Positions 28,245 to 38,621 of a stretch of DNA of 64,000 nucleotides are shown piece by piece. The notes beneath the pieces are model-generated. The model was not told the origin of the DNA. It saw nothing but the letters and a program-made list of their open reading frames with translations, and did not search any database. Position 1 is the stretch's first letter; every line of letters begins with the position of its first letter. Origin of the DNA: a virus; the IMG/VR virus record IMGVR_UViG_3300009128_000008, positions 20,696 to 84,695 of that record. One strand, 5' to 3'. Made by a program: the position numbers and the translations under genes.

Positions 28245-30336
28245 CCAAAATACCTTCAGCTATAGCTATAAATTTTAAGCTATCTTCTGGGCGTTTGTCT
28301 TCTATATATTCAGAATACTTTAACAACATTGAGGCGATTAGTTTTGGATTATTAGATTTTGCGGCCTTTACCAACAATTTAACAAACTCCTTATTCTCAG
28401 CATTTGTGGCAGGCTCAAATTCTATAACATCAGCGCCGCCTTCCTGCTGATAATGTTTCCATCCAGGAGAATGTTTTGTTCCTTTTTGCTCCTTGATTTT
28501 AACTCGACCTGGCGGCGGTGCCTCCGGCTCTCGATATTTAGGAGGAAATTCTGGAGAGACTTGGGTTCTTGGCACTCCCTCTTCCTCGGGAGCAGGCAAT
28601 GGTTCAAACACCGTCCCTGGCTCAGACTCTATTCCTGGATCAGACTCTACTTCTGTCTCTGATGCAGCAGGTATTTCTGGCGCCGGAGTGGTTGGAGCTG
28701 ATTCCCCAACAGTCTCTGGAGCCCATGACGACTCTGGAACTGTTTTTGGTGCATCCTCTTCCCCTAATCCAGTTTGATCTATCATAGTTAGTGCCATCTG
28801 CTCTAATTGCTTTGCCCAATTATATACTTCTTGTGGCGTAATATTTTGAGCCGATTTTGTTATTTGATCTACTAGTCTTTTTTGGGTCTCTACCTTAACT
28901 TCAGGGGGCGGTGGTGCTTCATAAGGCACTGTGAGTTCTTGAGACCTCTGTGTTCTTTGAATGGGTTCTGTTTCAGGTTCAGATCTTGGTGGTCGCGGGA
29001 TATCTACCTTAGCTGGAACTACTGGCGTCTCGCTAACCGGCTTTGGATGTTCAACTCTAACTGGCTGTCTCGGGCCCCTTTTCTTATACTGTTGAATAAG
29101 TCGTTTAAGCTCAGCAGAAGGCATCGCCCTATATTTAGAATAAGATTCTGCTTGTTCTGGTGCCGGGGGAAGCGGTACCGTTTCATCTTCTCTAGGATAT
29201 TCCTCTGGTATTTTTTCTGTTTGTGGCCACCGCCCCTTATACGGATCGTCAGATGGCCCTTCAGACGGTAATGGAGGTGGCCTAGGAATTCGCCTTGTAT
29301 AACCCTTGGGAACCGGCTCTTCTTCTCCAGCTAACTCGCCTGCCGGCATTTCACCTGGCGCAACCTCTCCTGAAGGCTCTATTAACTCAACATCTTCTTC
29401 GCCCACTTCTATCACTTCAGATTTCGGCGCCTCACCTTCCCCTGGAGCTGTCACTTCCTGTTGCGCCTCTTCCTCTGCTCTTTGCTCTTCTTTTTGAGCT
29501 TCGCGTCGAGCCTCTAATATGGGCACGGCTCTTGCTTGTATATGCTTCGCAAAGACATTGGCATATTTGGTACTAAATTTTGCTTGTTCCTCAGAAATCT
29601 TTTTAATGGTGTCCGTATAAGTAACAAGATCACCTTTCGCTACAGCCGCACTAAGTGTCTTGAGGTGAGCTTTAATCTTTTTTGCGGTCGAGTCTGCCAA
29701 AGAAATTAATGATTTGACAGCTATTTTGTATTTTCTATCTATAGGAGGTATAACTCTTTTTTCAACAAGGCCTTTAGTAAGTTTGTCAGTGATATAATCG
29801 AGAATGCCCGCCGTAGACACTTTGTCAGATGCTTTTATCTGCTGTAACATCTCCATTATCTCTTCGTCATCCTTGCCCATAGCCTTTATAGCTGCCAACA
29901 AGTTCAATAATTCCTGATCATCTTTGGTAGGCCCCTTTACTGCCGCCAATAATTCTTCATCCGTGCCAGTACCAAAATCCCCCAAATATTGTTTGCCAAA
30001 ATCTCTAACGGCTTGCTGGTGATGAGGCTGAACTCGTTGACCACTCATTACAATGGCTCTAAGTCTAAGATTAAGCTGCGCCAGTAATACAGCAAGATTA
30101 GCTGGGCGCTTATATTCTGCTTTCATGCTTTTAACAATAGAACTTATTTCGGTCGCCCACCGTTCCACATCATCATGTATTTTTTCTAATTGTTCAATCT
30201 TTTCGGCATAAGCTTCGTCGCCTCTTTCAGCCAACATTCGCCCCCAACCACCTGGCGTAAGAACTTTTCGCATCCAAATGCCAGGCCGCGCCGCAGTAAT
30301 AATAATAATCTCTTCATTTGTATAGTTTTGCATCAT
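28237..30336 (-). CDS. Head-module protein with a long Pro/Glu-rich disordered region
   Basis: 699 aa: helical N-third, PEST-like middle and a short helical C-terminal motif. Confidence 0.65.
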   Translation of the reverse strand: MMQNYTNEEIIIITAARPGIWMRKVLTPGGWGRMLAERGDEAYAEKIEQLEKIHDDVERWATEISSIVKSMKAEYKRPANLAVLLAQLNLRLRAIVMSGQRVQPHHQQAVRDFGKQYLGDFGTGTDEELLAAVKGPTKDDQELLNLLAAIKAMGKDDEEIMEMLQQIKASDKVSTAGILDYITDKLTKGLVEKRVIPPIDRKYKIAVKSLISLADSTAKKIKAHLKTLSAAVAKGDLVTYTDTIKKISEEQAKFSTKYANVFAKHIQARAVPILEARREAQKEEQRAEEEAQQEVTAPGEGEAPKSEVIEVGEEDVELIEPSGEVAPGEMPAGELAGEEEPVPKGYTRRIPRPPPLPSEGPSDDPYKGRWPQTEKIPEEYPREDETVPLPPAPEQAESYSKYRAMPSAELKRLIQQYKKRGPRQPVRVEHPKPVSETPVVPAKVDIPRPPRSEPETEPIQRTQRSQELTVPYEAPPPPEVKVETQKRLVDQITKSAQNITPQEVYNWAKQLEQMALTMIDQTGLGEEDAPKTVPESSWAPETVGESAPTTPAPEIPAASETEVESDPGIESEPGTVFEPLPAPEEEGVPRTQVSPEFPPKYREPEAPPPGRVKIKEQKGTKHSPGWKHYQQEGGADVIEFEPATNAENKEFVKLLVKAAKSNNPKLIASMLLKYSEYIEDKRPEDSLKFIAIAEGILDA

Positions 30337-30418
30337 AAACCCTCAAAAAGACACACCAACACCACTAATCAATATAATATAATAATATGCCTGTCAAACA
30401 TCAAATTATATTGTATGA

Positions 30419-32278
30419 TTAAATTGCCGGAACCTCTCCTCCGCCACCTTCTGCAGCAGCCGCGGGAGCCTCAGCGGCCTCACCACCGCCCCCTTCCATT
30501 GGAGGCATTTCAGGAGGGGCGCCTAAATCTGGAGGTGCTCCTGGGGGCATACCGGGCAATCCCATATCGCCCATTCCAGCTTCTTCACCGCCAACACCCT
30601 CTCCACCAGCAGCTTCACCAGGTAATGGTTGTTCCGCGGGCTCTTGAATCTCATCATCAGGGCCTAAAGAGCGCAATTCATTAAGATCCATCTTGGCCAT
30701 AATCTCACTTTCCTTCGCCATAATCTGTTCTTCGATGGATTCTTCTTTAATTCTCCTAACTTCATCCTCCCAATCCAAGCCCATGGATCTATAGAGAGTC
30801 TGTAGTGATGCTTTCTTTGTCTCACCCTGCACTACTAATTGAGATAAAGCTTGAATGTAGTCAGTTGTGTCAAACAATGACATATGATTCCACTCGACCT
30901 CGGGAACAATCAAGACTTTTTCGCCATCGGTATATTCATAAAAATCATTAATCTTAGAAATCGGAGCAAAAATCTTTCTTCGCAACCAAGCAGACAACAT
31001 ATTTCTAAATTGCATGTAACGCTGACGCAAAACATCAAGGGTCACACCACCATTAGCATAAGTAACATCCGCTCCGCCGTCCATTAATACCTGAGGAACC
31101 AACAGCCCGATATAAATTTCTTTCATTAACTGTGTAACATCATTAGCAATATCTATAATTGCGCCTTGAGCACCAATACGTTCTACAACAACTTGTTCAT
31201 GACAGAAAATCTTAAAATCTTTATCATATTGTGCGCTCTCCCAAAGCTCACGCCATGCCTCTAGATCTGCCGGAGATGGTTTATAACTTTCTCCGCCCAC
31301 CTTAATTAAAGTAACGGGATTTATTAAATTATAAGCCTGAGCAAACTTAGACTCTCTTAATAGGTCAAACAACATTAACTGGCGGAAACACGATACCACC
31401 AATCCAGTTCCCCTAATTTCGTAAGGACTAATCTTCCTGGCTAAATGAGAAGCGTAAAAATTACTTAACGGAATATTCTCGCCACGCTTCACATGCTCTA
31501 TAATACTTTGATCTAATCGTTTCCTTTGCTGAACATCCGCCGGCCGATTAGAAGTTACAATTCTTTTGAGATTCTCATCAGGACGCAAACTAATAATGGG
31601 CTCTCCAGCTACAACAGAATGCTTAACAACGATATAATCTGGGTTTTGTATAATCAGTCTATCCCATTTTCCAGCATTTTCATCAATTTCCGCATAAACA
31701 AATGCCTCGCCAAGAGTCCAATATTCTTGAGCAAGTTGGGTACACACATTCATAAGATCGATCTCTTCCGCCATATTAGCGAAAAAATCCTCAATCTTTT
31801 TATTTTTACATCTAATATTTAGTTTAGAAATTGGATATGTTGAATGTAATGATATAGCATTTTGTACAATAGGATTTAAAGCAAAAAACGCTCTACACCA
31901 AGCGTTAATTGTTGCCCTATCTCGCGGCAAGTTTAGATTACTAGTTAGCCAAAGAGGGCTATAGATCTCCGGAACCTGACGGACAGCTCCACCAGGACCG
32001 CGAAAACTATTAGTACCAGCGGCCCCACCAGCTCCTAAAGAAGAAGTCTGTGCATATTTTCTAAAAGAAGAAGATACAGCATGGCTCGCCTCAGTTGTTC
32101 CAAATCTACCTGGAATTTGATACTGACCAGAACTACCCTCTTCTCGATACTGACCGCTAGCAACCTCATCATCTAAAACCGTCCTTCTATAAGGGGTAAC
32201 AGACGTTGCCATTTTGCGGGTAGCTACAGGCGCAACTGACCTTCTACGCATAAATCTTTCGGAATTTGTTTCTACCAT
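30419..32278 (-). CDS. Portal protein
   Basis: 619 aa; FFALNPIVQNAISLH..P, EYWTLGEAFVY, IRGTGLV and an acidic Gly/Pro tail typical of large-phage portals; lies next to the terminase. Confidence 0.75.
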   Translation of the reverse strand: MVETNSERFMRRRSVAPVATRKMATSVTPYRRTVLDDEVASGQYREEGSSGQYQIPGRFGTTEASHAVSSSFRKYAQTSSLGAGGAAGTNSFRGPGGAVRQVPEIYSPLWLTSNLNLPRDRATINAWCRAFFALNPIVQNAISLHSTYPISKLNIRCKNKKIEDFFANMAEEIDLMNVCTQLAQEYWTLGEAFVYAEIDENAGKWDRLIIQNPDYIVVKHSVVAGEPIISLRPDENLKRIVTSNRPADVQQRKRLDQSIIEHVKRGENIPLSNFYASHLARKISPYEIRGTGLVVSCFRQLMLFDLLRESKFAQAYNLINPVTLIKVGGESYKPSPADLEAWRELWESAQYDKDFKIFCHEQVVVERIGAQGAIIDIANDVTQLMKEIYIGLLVPQVLMDGGADVTYANGGVTLDVLRQRYMQFRNMLSAWLRRKIFAPISKINDFYEYTDGEKVLIVPEVEWNHMSLFDTTDYIQALSQLVVQGETKKASLQTLYRSMGLDWEDEVRRIKEESIEEQIMAKESEIMAKMDLNELRSLGPDDEIQEPAEQPLPGEAAGGEGVGGEEAGMGDMGLPGMPPGAPPDLGAPPEMPPMEGGGGEAAEAPAAAAEGGGGEVPAI

Positions 32279-32536
32279 TTCGTTCCTATATATTTTAAAA
32301 CCTTACCTAAAGACCTAAATATTGATATTGATTATCATAACTTGGCCTGTTCGCACCGTAAAATGTAGGCATTAAAACTCGACATGTATTAATTAAAATG
32401 CATGTATGTAGAGTGTTTTATATCGATATTGGATAAACTATGACAAATAATTTTCTAAAACAAAACATTACATAAGCTATATAACACAAGCAGAAGGAGT
32501 TAAAACAACAAAACCCTACAAAGATAGACGCAAAAT

Positions 32537-33868
32537 ATGAAATATACATATGTACTAGATACCTCTGTAATAATTTATGACCCCTATTGTGTAGAAAAAT
32601 TTCCAGATTCAAATATAATACTCCAAGTGTTCGTTCTAAACGAATTGGATAAAATTAAAAAGATGTCAAGTGATGCTGGGAAAAATGCTCGCACATTTAT
32701 TCGTCTGTTAGATGAAATATGCGGCAACGGCAAATTACATAAAGGCGTAAAGCTACAGAACAAATCAATTATTAAAGTAGACACAACACAGCATGATGTG
32801 TCTAAATTTGGAGACACCGGATACGTAGACAATCAAATACTATCTTGCGCAAATTCTCTGTCTAAAAAACTCAGAGGAACCAGGGTTGTATTGATTAGCA
32901 AGGATATTAATCTTCGCGTACGGGCTCAATCTTTTAATATTGCAGCCGAAGATTATGAAAAAGACGGAATAAAAATTAGAAAAAGAAACGACAGATTATA
33001 TTCTGGCGTGGTTACAATAGAAAGCCCTGTATTAAGCGGAGAATTGTGTAATGAAAAATTTCTAGAGTGTAAAAAACACCCAGAACTAAAAAACATATTA
33101 CCAAATGAATGCGTACACTTTGCCGACAAGTACGGAAATGGAAACACTCTTGGAAGAAGATCTGGTGGTGATATTAATATTGTTCGAGATAATGACCTTT
33201 GGACAATAAATACCAGAAATAAAGAACAAGCATTCGCGGCCGATCTCCTATTAGATCCCGATATTTCGCTTGTATCATTAATAGGAAAAGCAGGCACAGG
33301 AAAAACTTTGCTCTCAATAGCCGCGGGATTAGAATTATTAATAAATCAAAAAATATATAATAAATTTATAATATATCGACCAATGCAAGCAGTTGGTAAC
33401 GAGTTGGGATATCTACCGGGTAATATGGAAGAAAAGCTTGAGCCTTGGATGGAAGCTATTAAAGACAGCTTGGATTATTTAACATCATTCAAAAAGAAAA
33501 GGCGAGGCAAAAAAGCGGCCATTAAAGATAATTGGCGAGATAATCTTGGACAATATTCTGATAGTATCTTTTTGGAGCCAATAACTTACATTCGGGGTAG
33601 AAGTATTCCAAATGCCTATATGATGATAGATGAAGCTCAGAATTTGTCTAAGAGCGAAATCAAAACCGTCCTTACCCGCGTTGGTCCTGGTACAAAAATA
33701 GTGCTTACAGGAGATATTGAGCAAACAGATGGACCGCACCTAGATGCCATAAATAATGGATTAACTCATGTTGCATCTGCCTTTAGAAGCTCAACATTAT
33801 CCGGACATATAACGCTAATAAAGGGTGAGAGAAGCAAGCTGGCAACTGAAGCCTCAAATATTTTATAA
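32537..33868 (+). CDS. phoH: PIN-PhoH protein (PhoH2/YlaK-like)
   Basis: PIN motifs YVLDTSV, ELD, DNQIL and SKDINLRVRA; ATPase motifs GKAGTGKT, LGYLPG, YIRGRS, IDEAQN and LTGDIEQ. Confidence 0.93.
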   Translation: MKYTYVLDTSVIIYDPYCVEKFPDSNIILQVFVLNELDKIKKMSSDAGKNARTFIRLLDEICGNGKLHKGVKLQNKSIIKVDTTQHDVSKFGDTGYVDNQILSCANSLSKKLRGTRVVLISKDINLRVRAQSFNIAAEDYEKDGIKIRKRNDRLYSGVVTIESPVLSGELCNEKFLECKKHPELKNILPNECVHFADKYGNGNTLGRRSGGDINIVRDNDLWTINTRNKEQAFAADLLLDPDISLVSLIGKAGTGKTLLSIAAGLELLINQKIYNKFIIYRPMQAVGNELGYLPGNMEEKLEPWMEAIKDSLDYLTSFKKKRRGKKAAIKDNWRDNLGQYSDSIFLEPITYIRGRSIPNAYMMIDEAQNLSKSEIKTVLTRVGPGTKIVLTGDIEQTDGPHLDAINNGLTHVASAFRSSTLSGHITLIKGERSKLATEASNIL

Positions 33869-35797
33869 TTATCTGTTCCGATTTAACGGGTTCATAAATG
33901 GTAAATATCCACCGACGGCAGGAATTCCAGTTGGTGCCGACGGATCATTGTCCTGATCGTCTGGATGTATAATTTTAAAACCACCACTAATATCGAATTT
34001 ATAAGCAAGATAAGCATTCAATAACGCCATAAATCCATCATTAGGCGTAGACCCTTTTACATATCTAATATTAATATTGCCGCCACGATCCATTGTTGGT
34101 TTAACCTCCATGGACGAGCAATGCTGTACCAACCAGCCAATCTGCTCATAACTGCCATATGGAAATCTAATCTGTCCCTTCTTCATCATAGAAAATAGTT
34201 CTTCAATATAAAAATCTCTTTCAAAAATAATTTCTTTTGGATATACATCGTCAGAAAACTTTACATGATGCTTTATTTTTCCTCCAGCACGACTAGCTAA
34301 GAACCTATCGCCATACTCTCTCTGCAAATTAGCGGTGAGATCATTAGCATAACCAATATCACCAATTGCCTGTGTTACACTATATTGTCGCAACAACTGA
34401 TCCACTATTGCTTTTTTATACTCTGGATCATTTTTTTTCAACAATAAAGCAAAATCAACAGACAATAGATCTGGGCCCTCAAGAGTAAGAACTACTGCTG
34501 AACTATATGATTGTCCTTGCTGTCTTTTCTCTCTATCACCTATAACCATCTGGCCAGCATCTATTTTTTGTCCCCAGTCCAGCCCTAAATATACACGCTT
34601 GCTTTCCTCTAACAAAATAGTCTTTCTAAATTTCCTGCCCATATCCGCACAAAGCTCGTGAATTTCGTCGGCGGTAATTGGAGAGGCATCACCAGTAAAG
34701 AACTCTCCCAAAACTTCTGTTTGATATAAGCGCTCAGTATTAGTTGGATGATTCTCCGGTTTTTCAGAGATAATTTTGCTCCTAGGAAAATGCGGCATAT
34801 ACAGCTGATTCAAATGATAACCGACAAAATCTGCATCTTTATCAGCATTAACCGCCACCCATTTTCCTCGCTCAGCAGCCGGACGCTTATCTTGCTCATG
34901 GCCGCAATGAATACATTTTACTATAAATCCATGACTAGGATGATCTGGTGGCAAATCATCCTCTATCCAAATCTCTTCCCAATCAGACGACTCGGGGGTA
35001 TACAATGGAAAATGCTCACCACACTTTTCACATCCTAAGTAATAATATTGCTGAGTTGAAGATAGCCAAATCTTATGAAAATCTGAGCCCTTTGCTTTTG
35101 GGGTTCCAAAATATACCTGAATCCCCTCACCAACCGCTCCATATTTAGCTTGTGACAAACACTTGACAGCATTAGACAGGGCTACTCCTGGAATATCCTG
35201 GACCTCATCAAAAAACATGGCATCAACTGTACGACCACGAATCCTATCTCCGGTTAACCCTACCGAATCTACCAATATATGATTTCCATACTCAAATTGT
35301 TTGTACTGCAAGGAATCGTTTGAAGATGCAGAACGGTCTAATCTCGCCTCTATATAAGATTTGGGTTTTGCGGTTTTTATCTGGCTGCTGTCGGAAGGTA
35401 CAGCCATCTTAATCATAGTATTCAGTTTGGTTTTAGTATAAATATACCCCAAATCTAATAACGGAAAACAATGCATTACACGCATTGGCGCCCTATTATT
35501 AGTGCCAAATAAGCCCGAGCACATAAAGAATAACTCCAATGCGCCTGCCATGGTAGTCGCGCCAATCTGTCGTCCCTTAGTAATAACTACAGGTTTCGAG
35601 TCTGATTCTAATGCTTTTATCCCAATATATCTATAGACATCCGCTAATGGCTTATAACCATTGCCATGCAAACTAAACTGGTCGCCGTCTAATGTTAAAT
35701 ATCTCTCGCAAAAACCACACGGATCTATAGATAAGACACCATCGCGCATCTTGGCAAACAGATCCTGCCCGTCTTTAATTTCACTTAAACTATCCAT
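33869..35797 (-). CDS. terL: Terminase large subunit (GpA-like ATPase plus nuclease)
   Basis: TKGRQIGATT (Walker A), MFFDEVQD (Walker B), FGTP, CEKC/CIHC, YLGLDWG (RNase H-like Asp) and PNDGFMA. Confidence 0.88.
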   Translation of the reverse strand: MDSLSEIKDGQDLFAKMRDGVLSIDPCGFCERYLTLDGDQFSLHGNGYKPLADVYRYIGIKALESDSKPVVITKGRQIGATTMAGALELFFMCSGLFGTNNRAPMRVMHCFPLLDLGYIYTKTKLNTMIKMAVPSDSSQIKTAKPKSYIEARLDRSASSNDSLQYKQFEYGNHILVDSVGLTGDRIRGRTVDAMFFDEVQDIPGVALSNAVKCLSQAKYGAVGEGIQVYFGTPKAKGSDFHKIWLSSTQQYYYLGCEKCGEHFPLYTPESSDWEEIWIEDDLPPDHPSHGFIVKCIHCGHEQDKRPAAERGKWVAVNADKDADFVGYHLNQLYMPHFPRSKIISEKPENHPTNTERLYQTEVLGEFFTGDASPITADEIHELCADMGRKFRKTILLEESKRVYLGLDWGQKIDAGQMVIGDREKRQQGQSYSSAVVLTLEGPDLLSVDFALLLKKNDPEYKKAIVDQLLRQYSVTQAIGDIGYANDLTANLQREYGDRFLASRAGGKIKHHVKFSDDVYPKEIIFERDFYIEELFSMMKKGQIRFPYGSYEQIGWLVQHCSSMEVKPTMDRGGNINIRYVKGSTPNDGFMALLNAYLAYKFDISGGFKIIHPDDQDNDPSAPTGIPAVGGYLPFMNPLNRNR

Positions 35798-35807
35798 AAA
35801 TTATATA

Positions 35808-36452
35808 TTAGGTGTTTGGCATAAATGGAGCGAAGAAATCACTATTATCTTCGTCTGACTCCATATCATCAACGCCAACACCTCGCCCGATATTAGACTC
35901 ATTAGCATTATCGGACGGATTCAACTTAATCTCCTCTGTAATCAGATTATTAATATAAATGGCAACTTTATCGCTGTCAAACTGATCTGGAGAAATATAC
36001 TTCTTAAACACACCAGCGGCATCACTTTGAACAGCAGGAACTGATATTTGTCCCCTATGCGTTTTTATATAATTTTTAATAAATGTTTTAATTTCATCTT
36101 GCACACTTGCCGGAACATCTGCGTCAAACACATCTTCTTCTTGCTGTGCGGTTTTTTGGGCTCCCTCATCGCCTGACGAAACTCTTTTAAGATATTCAGT
36201 TAGCCCAACTCTATCTTGCAACTCTTTAACGGCGCTCTCTACAGTAGCATGATGAGGTTTATTTCTAACAACATAATTAATTTGGTCATATAATGATTGC
36301 TGACTGCGCTTTCTTCCAACGTCTACAGCAGATTCATTCCCTTTTTCTTTTGCTGCTAAATTATCTGCAAAGCTATCTAGCCAACTAACACGCTCACTGG
36401 ACGCTCTTTCATGTGCGTCACCCCTATTAAATTTGAAATTACCCCTGCTCAT
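35808..36452 (-). CDS. Hypothetical head-module protein
   Basis: 214 aa; contains AQKTAQ. Confidence 0.65.
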   Translation of the reverse strand: MSRGNFKFNRGDAHERASSERVSWLDSFADNLAAKEKGNESAVDVGRKRSQQSLYDQINYVVRNKPHHATVESAVKELQDRVGLTEYLKRVSSGDEGAQKTAQQEEDVFDADVPASVQDEIKTFIKNYIKTHRGQISVPAVQSDAAGVFKKYISPDQFDSDKVAIYINNLITEEIKLNPSDNANESNIGRGVGVDDMESDEDNSDFFAPFMPNT

Positions 36453-36648
36453 TATTTTTACCTTCTAATTGTGTTAGCTTATTTTTCGTTGCAATCAATT
36501 CTTCCGCTAAAAACATACGATTCTGTACTTCCCACCTCAAAAGCACCAGCAAATCATCTCGCGATAATATTCCCAGAAAATCTAAATAATCTGACAAAAT
36601 TGCTTCAGATTTTGCCGTGTTTTTTAGCACTTCGTTTGCTTCCCTCAT
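36439..36648 (-). CDS. Small hypothetical protein
   Basis: 69-aa ORF filling the gap between co-oriented genes. Confidence 0.5.
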   Translation of the reverse strand: MREANEVLKNTAKSEAILSDYLDFLGILSRDDLLVLLRWEVQNRMFLAEELIATKNKLTQLEGKNNEQG

Positions 36649-36656
36649 ATGATTCC

Positions 36657-37607
36657 TTAGCCGGGATAATTGGCCATATAGTCCAGATTATCCACAGAAG
36701 TTGTATCAATCTCAGCATCAAGCGGATATCCTCGCGGCCTTCTCATTGCATAACCCATATCGGCCAATAGCTGAATTAATTCCGCCTCTTCTCGCTTGGT
36801 AAACTCATACTCCTTGGCTAATTTCTGAAAACAGTCCTCAATATCTTTGCCGGCAGAAACCATGGAGTTAATACATGTTCGGGCCATGGAAGCAATAAAC
36901 AATGGAACAACAACTGTAAACTTAGCCGCCTTTGCCGCCTCTTTAACTAAGGCTTCCTCGTCGCTTGACTCTTTCTTCTTTTTCTTTTTCTTTGAATACC
37001 TGGTTTCCATCAGTTTGTCATAGCGCTTATCAAGCCGCTTTATCCCATCGTGGATAGATTCCCTAGCCTTCTCTAAATCACTAATAGGCAAAACACCATC
37101 TAAATCAGTTTTAACAGCATTAGAAATTTCTCTATCAAGCCTGTGCAGATATGCTATAGCTCTCTCTATTCCGGTAGTATCTTTTCCAGTATGCTTTGGG
37201 ATACCAACCATCTTTGCATTGAGCCACTCGATAAAATCTCCCAGGGACCACTTCCAAGGATCCGTCTCAACAACAATATCGTCTTCTGGAGCCTCCACTA
37301 AAATTTCTGCGGGCTCTTCTAATTCTGCCTGCTCCTCACCGCCCGGAACTAGCGGAAGAACAAAAGAGAATCCCTCGCCTACAGGTTCGTCTTCATCTAT
37401 TTGTAGGGCTACTCGTCCCTCGCCGGAAAGAAAATCATCTGCCAAATAATTTTCATCCATCATTCCTTCTACCTGGCCTTCTTCGGCGGCTGGGGGAATT
37501 ACCTCACCAACTCCAAGCGGTCCGACCTCCACACTAAATTCCGTAACAGGAACGTTTGCGCTTTTAATATTATCAGCTGATTTCATTGTCATCCTTAAAA
37601 ATGTCAA
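36657..37607 (-). CDS. Hypothetical head-module protein
   Basis: 316 aa with an acidic N-half, a poly-Lys tract and LVKEA; the true start may be MKSAD at 37586. Confidence 0.65.
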   Translation of the reverse strand: MTFLRMTMKSADNIKSANVPVTEFSVEVGPLGVGEVIPPAAEEGQVEGMMDENYLADDFLSGEGRVALQIDEDEPVGEGFSFVLPLVPGGEEQAELEEPAEILVEAPEDDIVVETDPWKWSLGDFIEWLNAKMVGIPKHTGKDTTGIERAIAYLHRLDREISNAVKTDLDGVLPISDLEKARESIHDGIKRLDKRYDKLMETRYSKKKKKKKESSDEEALVKEAAKAAKFTVVVPLFIASMARTCINSMVSAGKDIEDCFQKLAKEYEFTKREEAELIQLLADMGYAMRRPRGYPLDAEIDTTSVDNLDYMANYPG

Positions 37608-37657
37608 AAAGATACAAGTTTTCTATTATATTAGTTTTTATTAGCAGATTGCGATGT

Positions 37658-38608
37658 TTAATACAGTAAAGAATGAACTGGCTTTCCATCAATTAAGCAC
37701 CCCGATAATAACCACTCCCTATATGATTTATAACCCTTTGCGCCAGATTCTTTCGCAATCTTAAGCACATATTTATTTGTTAAGACTTTTCCATATGTAT
37801 CTTGCCACCAAATCCCCAGCGGAGATGTCTCAAATAAAATAGATCCTGGATGGCAAAACTTTTCCGCATGACCAGATGCCGTTTTGTCTAACTTATTATT
37901 TGCATCATAATATAATATTCCACATTTTGAATCTTCCATCCCATTGGGGGATTTTGGTGAACAAAATGCTAAATAATTAAAAAATTCTGCGTATTCTGCA
38001 TTCTTAAATGGGCCATAATAATGCATATCGCCTTTAATTTCATGGGGATGCCGTACATATACTCCGCTCTGGCCCGCATTACCAACTACGTAATGCCTCC
38101 ATGAAGTTTCCGAAATTTTCTTTACCATATTTTTACTCTCATTACATTGACCCGGAGACTCCAATGAATACATTCCATAATACATTCCGCGATCAATTGA
38201 ATTATCTGTATAATACCCTAATGGAAAACTATATAGGCCATCTATGCCGATACCAGAAAAATGTCTATAATAATATGGAGACCCAAGTAAAGAGCCTTTT
38301 TCTTCAGTGCCAGAAACATTTGTGTCCCAATTGCACTCTACAACATCTCTTCCCTCAAATAATTTACCAGCATATCTACAACGCTTGCAGGGATTCTTCC
38401 ACAAAAACAAATGGTTATTGGCCATTGCTACTTCAGTTAACTCTTCTTCTGTAGCATCCTTGCCCAATATAGCTAGCGGAGCCATCCTTCTCACTACATT
38501 ACCGGCACTATTACAAGCTTCCGGAACTGTCAGACCAAACGGACAAGGCTCCGACTCATTAGATCTTATAACGGCTTTCTTTATAATATTTTGATTTTTT
38601 TTCGACAT
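37658..38608 (-). CDS. Cys-rich hypothetical head-module protein
   Basis: Likely start MSKKNQ at 38608 avoids overlap with the upstream gene; CPFGL..C..CKRC..C pattern. Confidence 0.6.
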   Translation of the reverse strand: MSKKNQNIIKKAVIRSNESEPCPFGLTVPEACNSAGNVVRRMAPLAILGKDATEEELTEVAMANNHLFLWKNPCKRCRYAGKLFEGRDVVECNWDTNVSGTEEKGSLLGSPYYYRHFSGIGIDGLYSFPLGYYTDNSIDRGMYYGMYSLESPGQCNESKNMVKKISETSWRHYVVGNAGQSGVYVRHPHEIKGDMHYYGPFKNAEYAEFFNYLAFCSPKSPNGMEDSKCGILYYDANNKLDKTASGHAEKFCHPGSILFETSPLGIWWQDTYGKVLTNKYVLKIAKESGAKGYKSYREWLLSGCLIDGKPVHSLLY

Positions 38609-38621
38609 TTTATTAATACCG

